Below, piece after piece: positions 1 to 10,193 of a stretch of 64,000 nt of DNA. Source of the DNA: Aestuariivirga sp. (GTDB lineage Bacteria; Pseudomonadota; Alphaproteobacteria; Rhizobiales; Aestuariivirgaceae); NCBI GenBank assembly GCA_035525875.1, contig DATLDM010000103.1, forward strand, positions 38,105-102,104, in the 5' to 3' direction. Both the position numbers and the translations under genes were made by a program. Position 1 is the first letter of the stretch. Each line of letters starts with the position of its first letter. The notes under the pieces are model-generated. The model did not search any database, was not told where the DNA came from, and was given only the letters and a program-made list of their open reading frames with translations.

Positions 1-1375
<1,375 letters not shown>

Positions 1376-1406
1376 CTACATAGGATATAAAGAATTGAAA
1401 GGCAAG

Positions 1407-1781
1407 TCAGCTGGGGTAGAGTTGCCGGGCCATTTCATCAAATTCATTCACGGCGCGAACCAGTCCTGACAGGAGTTTCTTGCGCTTCGCCTCCTGCTCC
1501 GGGCCGTTGACCGGCTCCAGCTTTTTGGCCAGATCACCAATTTTGCAGGCGCCAATGGCAAGCGCCGATCCCTTCAGCGTATGGGTTGCAATGCGCCAGT
1601 CGGCACGCGAATCGAAATTCTGGAGGCGGTCCAGGATTGCCGGCAGTTGGGCAACAAACAGGCCGACGATCTCGCGCTCAAGCTCCGGGCTGTCCATGGT
1701 GTATTGCGCCAGGTGAGTCCGGTCAAAAATAACGGGGGCTGTTTTTATCCGCACCAATTTTCTTGCTGCCACTTGCGCCAC
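1407..1781 (-). CDS. Stand-alone Hpt (histidine phosphotransfer) domain protein
   Basis: FDRTHLAQYT...ELEREIVGLF...HTLKGSALAIGA; the HxLKGSA phospho-His motif. Confidence 0.85.
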   Translation of the reverse strand: MAQVAARKLVRIKTAPVIFDRTHLAQYTMDSPELEREIVGLFVAQLPAILDRLQNFDSRADWRIATHTLKGSALAIGACKIGDLAKKLEPVNGPEQEAKRKKLLSGLVRAVNEFDEMARQLYPS

Positions 1782-1884
1782 TACGCCGTCCCTGCTTCAT
1801 TTTGGAGCACCAAGCTCTGGGGGAGTTATAGGGTGCGAGCGTAAATGGGCAGTTTTCTGAATCGTTTCAATTCGATCCATAATT

Positions 1885-1954
1885 TTAACCAAACCTTTAA
1901 TTATACTTGCGGACAGCGGCAGAACGGGTTCTATCATGGTTACCAATAGGTTAA
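1885..1954. promoter_or_regulatory. Possible CtrA-like boxes in the Hpt / scaffold divergent promoter region
   Basis: TTAACC at 1885-1890 (TTAA-N8-TTAA at 1885-1900) and TTAC-N7-TTAA at 1940-1954, near the TTAA-N7-TTAA consensus; neither is perfect. Confidence 0.35.
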
Positions 1955-2088
1955 GGTAAGAGTCTTGGCGGGAGGGAATGGAAGGGGCCGGTCTGCATCG
2001 GAAACGCAGATTCTTTCATGAAATCAATCGTCTGCCGGCAGCCCGCAAGGCTGTTGGGCGTTTAAGTTAAGAATGTGGGTAAATCGTA

Positions 2089-5000
2089 ATGGCAAGTAAC
2101 ACGGTGGAAACGCGTCGCAGGGATAAGCGTTTGGCTGAACGGCAAGCAGAACTAAGACGCAGTCCATCCGCGGAAACCGCCTCTTTGCGCGGCCGCCCTG
2201 CCAACGAAAATGACCCCGGCTCCAGCTTGATGCTGGCAAGGCTTAACCGCCAGCCTTCTTATATGGCCTATTACGTGGCTTTCGTGCTGTCCCTGGCCTG
2301 GATATTCGGCTGGTCCATGCTGTACTCGGCCACCCTCTTCAACCAGCCAACCGATGAAACAGTCCGCTCTTTCGCCCTCCTGATTTTGCCCATCGGCATC
2401 ATGTGGGTCATGGCCTATTTCCTCTGGCGCGCCCAGCAGTTGCGCCAGGTTTCGGAAGTTCTGATGCAATCGGCCATGCGCCTGATTCGGCCCCAGGATA
2501 TTGCAACCGAAGGCCTCACTTCCATAGCTCAGGCGGTACGTTCGGAAGTTGATCTTCTCGTGGGCGGTGTTGAGCACGCCGTCCAGCGCGCCACGGTTCT
2601 GGAAGAAATTGTCCACAAGGAAATTTCCGCCATCGAACGCGCCTTCGGCGGCAATGAAGATCGTATCCGCACCTTGGTGACCGGCCTGGAAAACCAGCGC
2701 TCCGCCTTGCACCAGGCATCGCTCGTGGTTGGCAACGAATCGGCTCCCTTACTGGCGCGCCTCGAAATCAACACGCAGAATCTTGATAGCGTCGTCAACA
2801 GCGCCCAGTCCACCCTCGTCAGGTTTGAACAGGGCCTCAAGAATTCCACCACCGAACTCGCCCGCACCATTGATGAGGTCTCCGCCCGCGCCACAGTTGC
2901 CGGCAATGAAATCGGCGGACAGACCACGCAGATGGAACGCATGTCCGGCATGCTGGTGGGCGAGTTGCGCACCTTCTCGCAACACCTGCAGGAACAGATA
3001 CAAACGCTTTCGTCCGCTGCGGGACATCTCAATGCCGAAACCACGAACTTCGGCCGGAATGTGCAGGGCATGGAAAGCAATGTCACGCATCTGCTGGTAC
3101 AAAGCATGGACCAGATCAAGGCGCTCACCGCCGAAATGTCCGATGTGGTTCAAAGCTCCAGCGGAAACATCACCTATCACCTGAAGGCAACCTCAAGCGA
3201 AGTAGCCTCGCTCATCGAGCGCTCCGGCATTGATGCGGCCCAGCAGATTGAACTGAGCCGCGGCCGCGTAGATCAGGGGCTGCAGAATGTCGCCAAGGAT
3301 TACATGGACAAGGTGGCCCGCACCCATGGCGACCTCAAAGGCTACCTCGATCAGGCCGCGACGCAAATTGTCGTGGGCGTGGAAGATGCAACCCACAAAT
3401 TGTCGGATCGCTTGTCGTCAACCAATACTCAATTCCTGACTGGCTTGGACCAGACGGCGAACCAGCTCTTCACCCAGTTGAATGCCGCGGGCTCGGGCCT
3501 CGCCGGTAAGGTGGAGGAAACCACCAACCGCCTCTTCAGTGAAATCGGCCAGAAAGCCACCCAGATCAATTTGAAACTGGACGAAACTTCAACCGGTGTG
3601 TTCGACCGCCTCGACCTTCAGGCAAACTACGTCAACAGCCACATCGAGGAAACCGCATCGAAGCTTTATGGCAATCTCGACAGCCGTGCCAATGCCCTTG
3701 GAACGACCATTGAGAACAATGCCCTGCGCGTCTTTGATGCCATCGATGCGCAAAGCGAACACGTTACTAGCAAGCTCGGGGAAACCGCCGCTACCGTTGC
3801 GGCCAAAATTGATGACGCGACCAACTTTGTTCACACTCGCTTCGAGCAGGCAGACTCCAAGCTTGAGGAAACCGCAGCTTCCTTCGCAAGCCGCATCGAT
3901 CAAGCCACAAACTTTGTTCACACGCGCGTCGATCAGGCAAGCTCCAGCGTTGTCGGCCAACTGCAGGCAACCGGTTCAAACATCAATGACCTGCTGGTGA
4001 CAACCAGCGGCACCATTTCATCCCATCTCAAGGAAACCTCCGACATCGTTTCCCGCCAGATGCAGGATTCAGGCATTGCCCTGGCCCAGAACATCGAGAT
4101 TTCCAGCGGCCTGGTGACCGACAAGATGATTGGCGTATCCGGCGAATTCATCCAGAAAATGGGTGGCGCCCGGGACGACATGTTCAACTTCCTGTCGGAA
4201 ACCTCCGGCCAGATCACCTCGAAAATGGATGAAACCGCCGGACAGCTCTTCGCCCGTCTTGACGATACGTCCCTGTCGATCACCGGCAAGGTCACCACTG
4301 TTACCGAAAATCTCACCAGGAAACTCGATACCTCTTCGACCCAGCTCAACACGCTTCTGGAAACCACCGAAGAGCGGATCGGCTCTCAGCTTGACCAGGC
4401 TTCAACCGAGTTGACCGCCCTGTTCACCGCCAATACCAAGATGATGAGCGACCAGCTGGATCAGACCTCGACCGAGGTAACCAACACCTTCGCCGACACG
4501 GCTGTCCGCGTCGCCCGTCAGGTGCAGGACGCAAACGTTGTCATGACCCAGCGCTTGGAAAAAACTTCCACCGAGGTTGCCGAGCAATTGGCCAGCGCCG
4601 GCAATTCCATGTTCACGCGCATCGACTCCACCGCCCGCGAACTCGGCACGCGCTTCGACATCGCCACTGAAATCCTCGAAAAAGTCACCAGCGATGTTTC
4701 GGGCCGCATTTCCGGCACCGGCGCCAAGTTCGCGGAAATCCTCGATACGGCCAGCAGCCAGATGATCTCCGATCTCGGCAAGGCCAGCGACGCTTTCTCC
4801 GAGGGTTTGGGCCAAACCACGCTGCAGATCAGCGGACGCTTCGAGCAGGAAACTGGTCTGCTTGTTGGCCGCATCGACAAGGCGGTCAAGGAATTTGATA
4901 GCGCCACCTCGGCAACCAACAGCCAGCTTTCGGAAGCCCACCGCAAGTTCTCCAAGCATGTCGAAACGGCCAACACCTATCTGGCCGACCAGCTTTCGAC

Positions 5001-6276
5001 CGCTGCATCATCCATCGATGACCGCCTCGAAAGCATTTCGATGCAGCTCACCGGCAAGCTGGAAATGACCGGCAGCCGCATTTCGGACCGCCTGGAGGAT
5101 GTTTCGGTTCTCGTTGAAAAATCCATCGACAAGTTCAACGGTGAAATGGAAAATGTCCTTCTCAGCCGCAAGGTCGCGCTTGACAGCCTGATTGACGACG
5201 CATCCAAGCGCGCCCAGGAAATCGACGCGGTGATGACCAGCTACATGACCCTCATCGAGGATTCATTGGTGACAGCCGAAGCCCGCGCCAAGGACATCAG
5301 CCGCATCATCGCCGACCAGACCAATGTTGCCGTTGGAAATCTCGAGCAGGAAATTCGCAAGATGGAGGCAAGTTCGGGCGGGCAGATCACTCAGGCCTCG
5401 CGCGTGCTGCGTGAGCAGCATGAGCGCGCCATGGCCTCCATGAATGAAATGCTCTCGTCCACAGCCAGCGACTTCCAGCAAACGGCCCAGGACATGCGCA
5501 TGACGGCCCAGCAGGTAGTCAAGGATATCGACAGCGCGCGCAGCGATCTCAAGCGGGCAATCGTTGACCTGCCGGAAGAAACCCGGACCAACGCCGATGC
5601 CATGCGCAAGGTCGTGGCCGACCAGATTGCCGCCTTGAATACGCTGGCCGATGTCGTCAAGCGCCAGACGGGCATGACCGATTTGTCCGGACCCGGCACT
5701 GGCTACGCACCGCAGCGAAGTACGAGGGATCCCAGCCCGGGAAAATCTGAGGGCGCTACGTTCCTTGCTCCGCAATCGGGAACGTCAGGCGCCCTGAAAA
5801 AAGCCATGGAGCGGCTGGAAAACAAGGGTGCTTCGACCTCGTGGCGGGATGCGGCAATAGAGAGCCCGGGCAAGCCTCAGGCCAAGAAAGCGGCGGAAGG
5901 CAACGGCGTTCCGCGCGAAGTCGAAAGCCTGACCCACGAGCTGAACCGGGTGGCGCGCGATATTGTTGACGTGCTTGAGGATGGCCTGCCCGCCGAGCTT
6001 GAGAAGCGCTATAACAAGAATGAGCGGCATGTTTATACCCAGCGCCTCTATGAGGGCCGTGGCAAGCGCCTGCAAAAGAACATCGCAACACGCTATGAAA
6101 ATGACCGGCCCACGCGCAACCAGGTGGATAGTTACGTCAAGCTCTTCGAGCGCCTGCTTGATACCGTGGCCGAAGCGCCGCAGGGCAATCAGATGGTTGA
6201 AGCCTGCCTCATGTCGGAGTCCGGCAAGATCTATGTGATGCTGGCGGAAGCCTGCGGCCGCATTTCGCCAAGCTGA
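2089..6276 (+). CDS. Large membrane-anchored coiled-coil polar scaffold, GPR/RgsE/TipN-like (apolipoprotein-like helical repeats)
   Basis: 1395 aa; two N-terminal TM segments (YYVAFVLSLAWIFGWSMLY; FALLILPIGIMWVMAYFLW); ~1000 aa of amphipathic helical repeats; C-terminal YTQRLY...VDSYVKLFERLL...SESGKIYVMLAEACGR resembles the conserved end of this family. Confidence 0.75.
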   Translation: MASNTVETRRRDKRLAERQAELRRSPSAETASLRGRPANENDPGSSLMLARLNRQPSYMAYYVAFVLSLAWIFGWSMLYSATLFNQPTDETVRSFALLILPIGIMWVMAYFLWRAQQLRQVSEVLMQSAMRLIRPQDIATEGLTSIAQAVRSEVDLLVGGVEHAVQRATVLEEIVHKEISAIERAFGGNEDRIRTLVTGLENQRSALHQASLVVGNESAPLLARLEINTQNLDSVVNSAQSTLVRFEQGLKNSTTELARTIDEVSARATVAGNEIGGQTTQMERMSGMLVGELRTFSQHLQEQIQTLSSAAGHLNAETTNFGRNVQGMESNVTHLLVQSMDQIKALTAEMSDVVQSSSGNITYHLKATSSEVASLIERSGIDAAQQIELSRGRVDQGLQNVAKDYMDKVARTHGDLKGYLDQAATQIVVGVEDATHKLSDRLSSTNTQFLTGLDQTANQLFTQLNAAGSGLAGKVEETTNRLFSEIGQKATQINLKLDETSTGVFDRLDLQANYVNSHIEETASKLYGNLDSRANALGTTIENNALRVFDAIDAQSEHVTSKLGETAATVAAKIDDATNFVHTRFEQADSKLEETAASFASRIDQATNFVHTRVDQASSSVVGQLQATGSNINDLLVTTSGTISSHLKETSDIVSRQMQDSGIALAQNIEISSGLVTDKMIGVSGEFIQKMGGARDDMFNFLSETSGQITSKMDETAGQLFARLDDTSLSITGKVTTVTENLTRKLDTSSTQLNTLLETTEERIGSQLDQASTELTALFTANTKMMSDQLDQTSTEVTNTFADTAVRVARQVQDANVVMTQRLEKTSTEVAEQLASAGNSMFTRIDSTARELGTRFDIATEILEKVTSDVSGRISGTGAKFAEILDTASSQMISDLGKASDAFSEGLGQTTLQISGRFEQETGLLVGRIDKAVKEFDSATSATNSQLSEAHRKFSKHVETANTYLADQLSTAASSIDDRLESISMQLTGKLEMTGSRISDRLEDVSVLVEKSIDKFNGEMENVLLSRKVALDSLIDDASKRAQEIDAVMTSYMTLIEDSLVTAEARAKDISRIIADQTNVAVGNLEQEIRKMEASSGGQITQASRVLREQHERAMASMNEMLSSTASDFQQTAQDMRMTAQQVVKDIDSARSDLKRAIVDLPEETRTNADAMRKVVADQIAALNTLADVVKRQTGMTDLSGPGTGYAPQRSTRDPSPGKSEGATFLAPQSGTSGALKKAMERLENKGASTSWRDAAIESPGKPQAKKAAEGNGVPREVESLTHELNRVARDIVDVLEDGLPAELEKRYNKNERHVYTQRLYEGRGKRLQKNIATRYENDRPTRNQVDSYVKLFERLLDTVAEAPQGNQMVEACLMSESGKIYVMLAEACGRISPS

Positions 6277-6284
6277 CACGGCAC

Positions 6285-7265
6285 ATGCCTGTTCTTTCAA
6301 TCGCCCAAGAGAGCTGGCCCATTGCCGGAAGCTTCACCATCTCGCGCGGCAGCAAGACAGCGGCAGACGTGGTTGTCGTCACCTTGGAAGAAGAGGGCCA
6401 TCGGGGCCGCGGGGAGTGCGTGCCCTACCCCCGCTATAACGAAACCCTCGAACGAGTCGTGGCAAGCCTTGAAGCCGGACGCGCCGGAATTGAAGCCGGT
6501 TTCTCCCACACCGACGTGCCGCGTCTGGTAAAATCGCGGGCCGCGCAAAATGCCCTGGATTGCGCCCTCTGGGACCTGGAGGCCAAACGCGCCGGAAAGC
6601 CCGTTTGGCAACTGGCGCTGTTGCAACAGCCGAGGCCAATGACCACGGCCTACACCTTGAGCCTCGATACGCCGGAAGCCATGGCCAAGGCCGCAGCTGA
6701 AGCAAGCCACCGCCCGCTGTTAAAACTCAAGCTGGGCCGCGAAGGCGATGTTGAGCGTCTGCGCCTGATCCGCGCGGCAGCGCCCACCAGCCGCCTCATC
6801 GTCGATGCCAATGAGGGTTGGACTCCAGAAGAGCTCCCCCATCTTCTAAAAGCCTGCGCCGCCGTGGGTGTCGAACTCGTTGAGCAGCCGCTGCCCGCAG
6901 GCGATGACGAAGCGCTGCTTCGCATCACCCATGATGTCCCGGTATGCGCCGATGAATCGGCCCATGATCGCCGCAATCTGCACAAGCTCGTCGGCAAATA
7001 TGATGCCATCAACATCAAGCTCGACAAGACCGGGGGATTGACCGAGGCGCTTGCTCTCGCCCAAGCGGCAAAGGAATCGAATTTCAAGATCATGGTGGGC
7101 TGCATGCTGGCAACCTCCCTTGCCATGGCGCCGGCTATGCTTGTGGCTCAATTGGCCCACGTCATTGATCTCGACGGCGCCCTGCTCCTTGCCCGCGACC
7201 GAAACCCCGGCATTACCTTTGATGGCAGCCTTATGTACCCGCCGGAACCAGATCTTTGGGGCTGA
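6285..7265 (+). CDS. Enolase-superfamily dipeptide epimerase (L-Ala-D/L-Glu epimerase / N-acetyl-D-Glu racemase DgcA-like)
   Basis: FTISRGSK, GECVPYPRY, KLKLG, DANEGW, EQP, ADES, NIKLDKTGG, DLDG motifs. Confidence 0.9.
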   Translation: MPVLSIAQESWPIAGSFTISRGSKTAADVVVVTLEEEGHRGRGECVPYPRYNETLERVVASLEAGRAGIEAGFSHTDVPRLVKSRAAQNALDCALWDLEAKRAGKPVWQLALLQQPRPMTTAYTLSLDTPEAMAKAAAEASHRPLLKLKLGREGDVERLRLIRAAAPTSRLIVDANEGWTPEELPHLLKACAAVGVELVEQPLPAGDDEALLRITHDVPVCADESAHDRRNLHKLVGKYDAINIKLDKTGGLTEALALAQAAKESNFKIMVGCMLATSLAMAPAMLVAQLAHVIDLDGALLLARDRNPGITFDGSLMYPPEPDLWG

Positions 7266-8415
7266 CCCGCCGCAAGGCAAAGGCAAAGCTCAGGGCCACC
7301 AAAGACACTGCCGCCATCACCAGATAGGTTCCGCCCAAAAGCTGACCATACAGCATCCCCGATACGGCCATCATGCACGACATGGCGACACCGCCCGAAA
7401 ACGCTGCGTACAGCCCCTGCGCCGAATTGCGCAAACCCTGCGGCACCGTAAGCCGGATGTAATGCATGGTGCCCAGATGAACCATCGTAAAGGAAACGCC
7501 GTGCAGGCTTTGTAGAACAATGCTCACGCCAAGCCCGAAATCATGCGACATGAAAACCCAGCGCAGGAAGCCGCCGAAAATTCCGATCAGTATCAGGTTT
7601 ATCGCGCCGAAGCGCCTGACGAACGCATTGGAGAAGGCAGACACGCTCACTTCGGCAACAATGGAAATGGCCCAGAAGCTGCCAATCGTGAATTTATCAT
7701 AGCCCAGCCTGTCCCACTCCACCGGCCCGAAGGAATAGAGCATTCCATGGGTTGCCTGGCCTAGGCTCACGGCAACAGTGAAAATGACAAAGCTGCCCGT
7801 CATCAAAATCCCGAAGGCGTTGAAAATATTGGCGGGGCGTTCAGCGGACTGCAGCGGCCTGTCCAAATCGGGGTCAGGAGGGAGCAGAAACGCAATGAAA
7901 AACGAAACGCCCTGGGCCAGTGCAATGAGATAGATAAGGTTGTCGATGGGGATATAGAGCAGTAGCGCCCCAGCCCCGAGATTTCCCAGCAGAAAGCTTA
8001 TGGAGCCCCAAAGCCGCAGGCGCCCATAATCCAGCCCGTGGTGGGCGCTCCCATCAACACTGAAGCTCTCGGCCAGGGTAAAAATTGGCGCAATGCAAAC
8101 GGACGCGAGAATTGCGCTGGCGAGAATGGGGAAAAATCCAGAGGACAGCCCCAACAACAAATAGCCAAAAGCCGAAGCAAGGCTGAACAGGATGATAAGC
8201 CCGCGCCGATTGCGGTATAGGTCGGCAAAATAGGCGGCAACGGGAATGGCCACGAACCTGGCCGCCGTCATCCCGGCAATCACCAGCCCGATCTCGGCTA
8301 CCGTCAGCCCCTTGGCATGCAGCCAAAGCGGCAAAAATGGCAACTGCATGCCGAGGCCAATCGTGAGAAAAGCATAAAAAACTGAAAATCGAAGGCCGAA
8401 GATCCGTGCTGACAT
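7231..8415 (-). CDS. MFS transporter (HcaT / nucleoside:H+ symporter-like)
   Basis: About 12 hydrophobic segments; YGRLRLWGSISF and QSLHGVSF motifs. Start ATG 8415 preferred over 8460. 3' end overlaps the epimerase by 35 bp. Confidence 0.85.
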   Translation of the reverse strand: MSARIFGLRFSVFYAFLTIGLGMQLPFLPLWLHAKGLTVAEIGLVIAGMTAARFVAIPVAAYFADLYRNRRGLIILFSLASAFGYLLLGLSSGFFPILASAILASVCIAPIFTLAESFSVDGSAHHGLDYGRLRLWGSISFLLGNLGAGALLLYIPIDNLIYLIALAQGVSFFIAFLLPPDPDLDRPLQSAERPANIFNAFGILMTGSFVIFTVAVSLGQATHGMLYSFGPVEWDRLGYDKFTIGSFWAISIVAEVSVSAFSNAFVRRFGAINLILIGIFGGFLRWVFMSHDFGLGVSIVLQSLHGVSFTMVHLGTMHYIRLTVPQGLRNSAQGLYAAFSGGVAMSCMMAVSGMLYGQLLGGTYLVMAAVSLVALSFAFALRRVSPKDLVPAGT

Positions 8416-8525
8416 GATTCCCTGCAAGGCAAAATAAACCAAAACTTCACCACTTTCCACGATACTTGGCGCTGGTATGACCTGCGCGTATTGCGGGGCC
8501 GACGGAAAGTTTGTGGAGTTCGGGT

Positions 8526-9104
8526 ATGTCAGCGCAAAATGAGGGTTATCGGAACGAAAGTTTCGAAAGTCTGGAAGCGGCCGTCCTGGAAACCCAACGG
8601 GGACGCTGGTTTCTTGAGGAATATGCCCGGCGTCAGCGTTCGGCCGAAACCCTGGCCATCCTCGAAATCCTTAAAAAACTCGAAAATTCCATTACAAATT
8701 CCAGTTTCCTGCCGCCCTCCAAAAGCCTTGAGCCAGCCCCGGCCCTGAAAACCGAGCAGCTCAAGTTTTTCAAGCAGGACGAAGAAATATTTGTTGAACC
8801 CACCATCGCAGCACCTGCCCTTTCCGTTGTAAGCAGCCCGCCCAAAGTGGACATTACCCCGCCGCCCGAACCCAAGGGCGCAAAGCTTAAGATTCAACGC
8901 ATGCCATCTTCGGCAATTCCGGAATTCATAGCCGCAGAGCCAGAAAAGCCTGCGCCGACTGTCCCGGTGGAAGAGCCTAAAGCCAGCTTTGCGCCACAGC
9001 CTGCAGCGGAACCAAAGCAGCGGGTTGTCATCATTCGCCGGCCCGCCAGCGAGGCCGCTGAAATTCCACTGATGGAAGAAAAGTCGTCGGAAGCAGCCGC
9101 CTAG
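8526..9104 (+). CDS. Hypothetical protein with an alphaproteobacterial ETxRGRWFLxEYARR N-terminal motif and a Pro/Glu-rich tail
   Basis: FESLEAAVLETQRGRWFLEEYARRQRSAETLAIL followed by low-complexity P/E/A/K sequence. Confidence 0.65.
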   Translation: MSAQNEGYRNESFESLEAAVLETQRGRWFLEEYARRQRSAETLAILEILKKLENSITNSSFLPPSKSLEPAPALKTEQLKFFKQDEEIFVEPTIAAPALSVVSSPPKVDITPPPEPKGAKLKIQRMPSSAIPEFIAAEPEKPAPTVPVEEPKASFAPQPAAEPKQRVVIIRRPASEAAEIPLMEEKSSEAAA

Positions 9105-10087
9105 GCCTCCGTCAGGATATCGGCGAACAGGGCTGGGTCAACATTGCCGCCGGACAGGATGATGCCGATGTTCCTGCCCCTGGTCGGAACCTTTCCGCTC
9201 AGCACCGCCGCAAGCCCGGCCGCGCCCCCCGGTTCAACCACCAGCTTGAGTGATTCGAAGGCAAAGCGCACGGCGCGGCGAACCTCCGCCTCCGAAACAG
9301 CATAACCTTCCGCCAAACGTCCCTCGTTCATGGCAAAAGTCATTTCGCCAGGTTGCGGCGTAAGCAGCGCATCACAAATTGATCCGGAAGAACGCGGATT
9401 CTTCTCGCGTACGCCGGAGCGCAGTGACCGCGCATAATCATCAAAGCCCTCAGGCTCCACCGAATGCACTTTCGTCTTCGGTGATTTCTCTGAAAATGCC
9501 AAAGCAATGCCCGCCGTCAATCCACCGCCACTGCAATTGACCAGCATGTCATCAAGCACCACTCCACGGGCCTGAAGCGCGACGATAATCTCCAGGCCGC
9601 TGGTGCCCTGCCCCGCAATAATATCGGCATGTTCAAACGGCGGCACCAAAACCGCCCCGCGCTTTGCCACATAGCTGTTTGCGATCTCTTCGCGGCTTTC
9701 TGTGGCGCGGTCATAGGTCACGACCTCCGCGCCATAGGATTTGGTATTGGCCTTTTTAATCTCCGGCGTGTCTTCCGGCATGACGATGAGTGCCGAAATG
9801 CCGCGAAGCTGCGCCGCCGCGGCAACCCCTTGTGCGTGGTTTCCCGATGAATAGGCCACAACGCCGCCCTTGTTCACGGCCGGATCGAGTTTCGAAATGC
9901 AGTTCCAGGCGCCCCGGAATTTGAATGATCCCGTGCGCTGCAGGCATTCCGCCTTGATGAATACGCGCCCGCCTGCGAGGGCGTTCAGTTTTACATTTTC
10001 AACAAGGGGCGTGAGAACGGCCTCGCCCTTAATTCTTGTGGCGGCCAATTCAATGTCTGAAAACACTGGTAGGTCCTGAATTGCCAA
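9101..10087 (-). CDS. PLP-dependent threonine/serine dehydratase family protein
   Basis: KAECLQRTGSFKFRGA (PLP Lys), SSGNHAQG, GGGL, EPGGA, SGGNVD; TTG start with a GGAG RBS. Confidence 0.92.
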   Translation of the reverse strand: MAIQDLPVFSDIELAATRIKGEAVLTPLVENVKLNALAGGRVFIKAECLQRTGSFKFRGAWNCISKLDPAVNKGGVVAYSSGNHAQGVAAAAQLRGISALIVMPEDTPEIKKANTKSYGAEVVTYDRATESREEIANSYVAKRGAVLVPPFEHADIIAGQGTSGLEIIVALQARGVVLDDMLVNCSGGGLTAGIALAFSEKSPKTKVHSVEPEGFDDYARSLRSGVREKNPRSSGSICDALLTPQPGEMTFAMNEGRLAEGYAVSEAEVRRAVRFAFESLKLVVEPGGAAGLAAVLSGKVPTRGRNIGIILSGGNVDPALFADILTEA

Positions 10088-10193
10088 AATAACTCCTGCC
10101 TTTTCTGTCGCAAAATCGGGTGAACCTGCCGCCTGTATTGGTTCTTATGCCCAAAGGCTGTTAGAAATCAAAGGCCTGTTGAAAGGGAACCCA

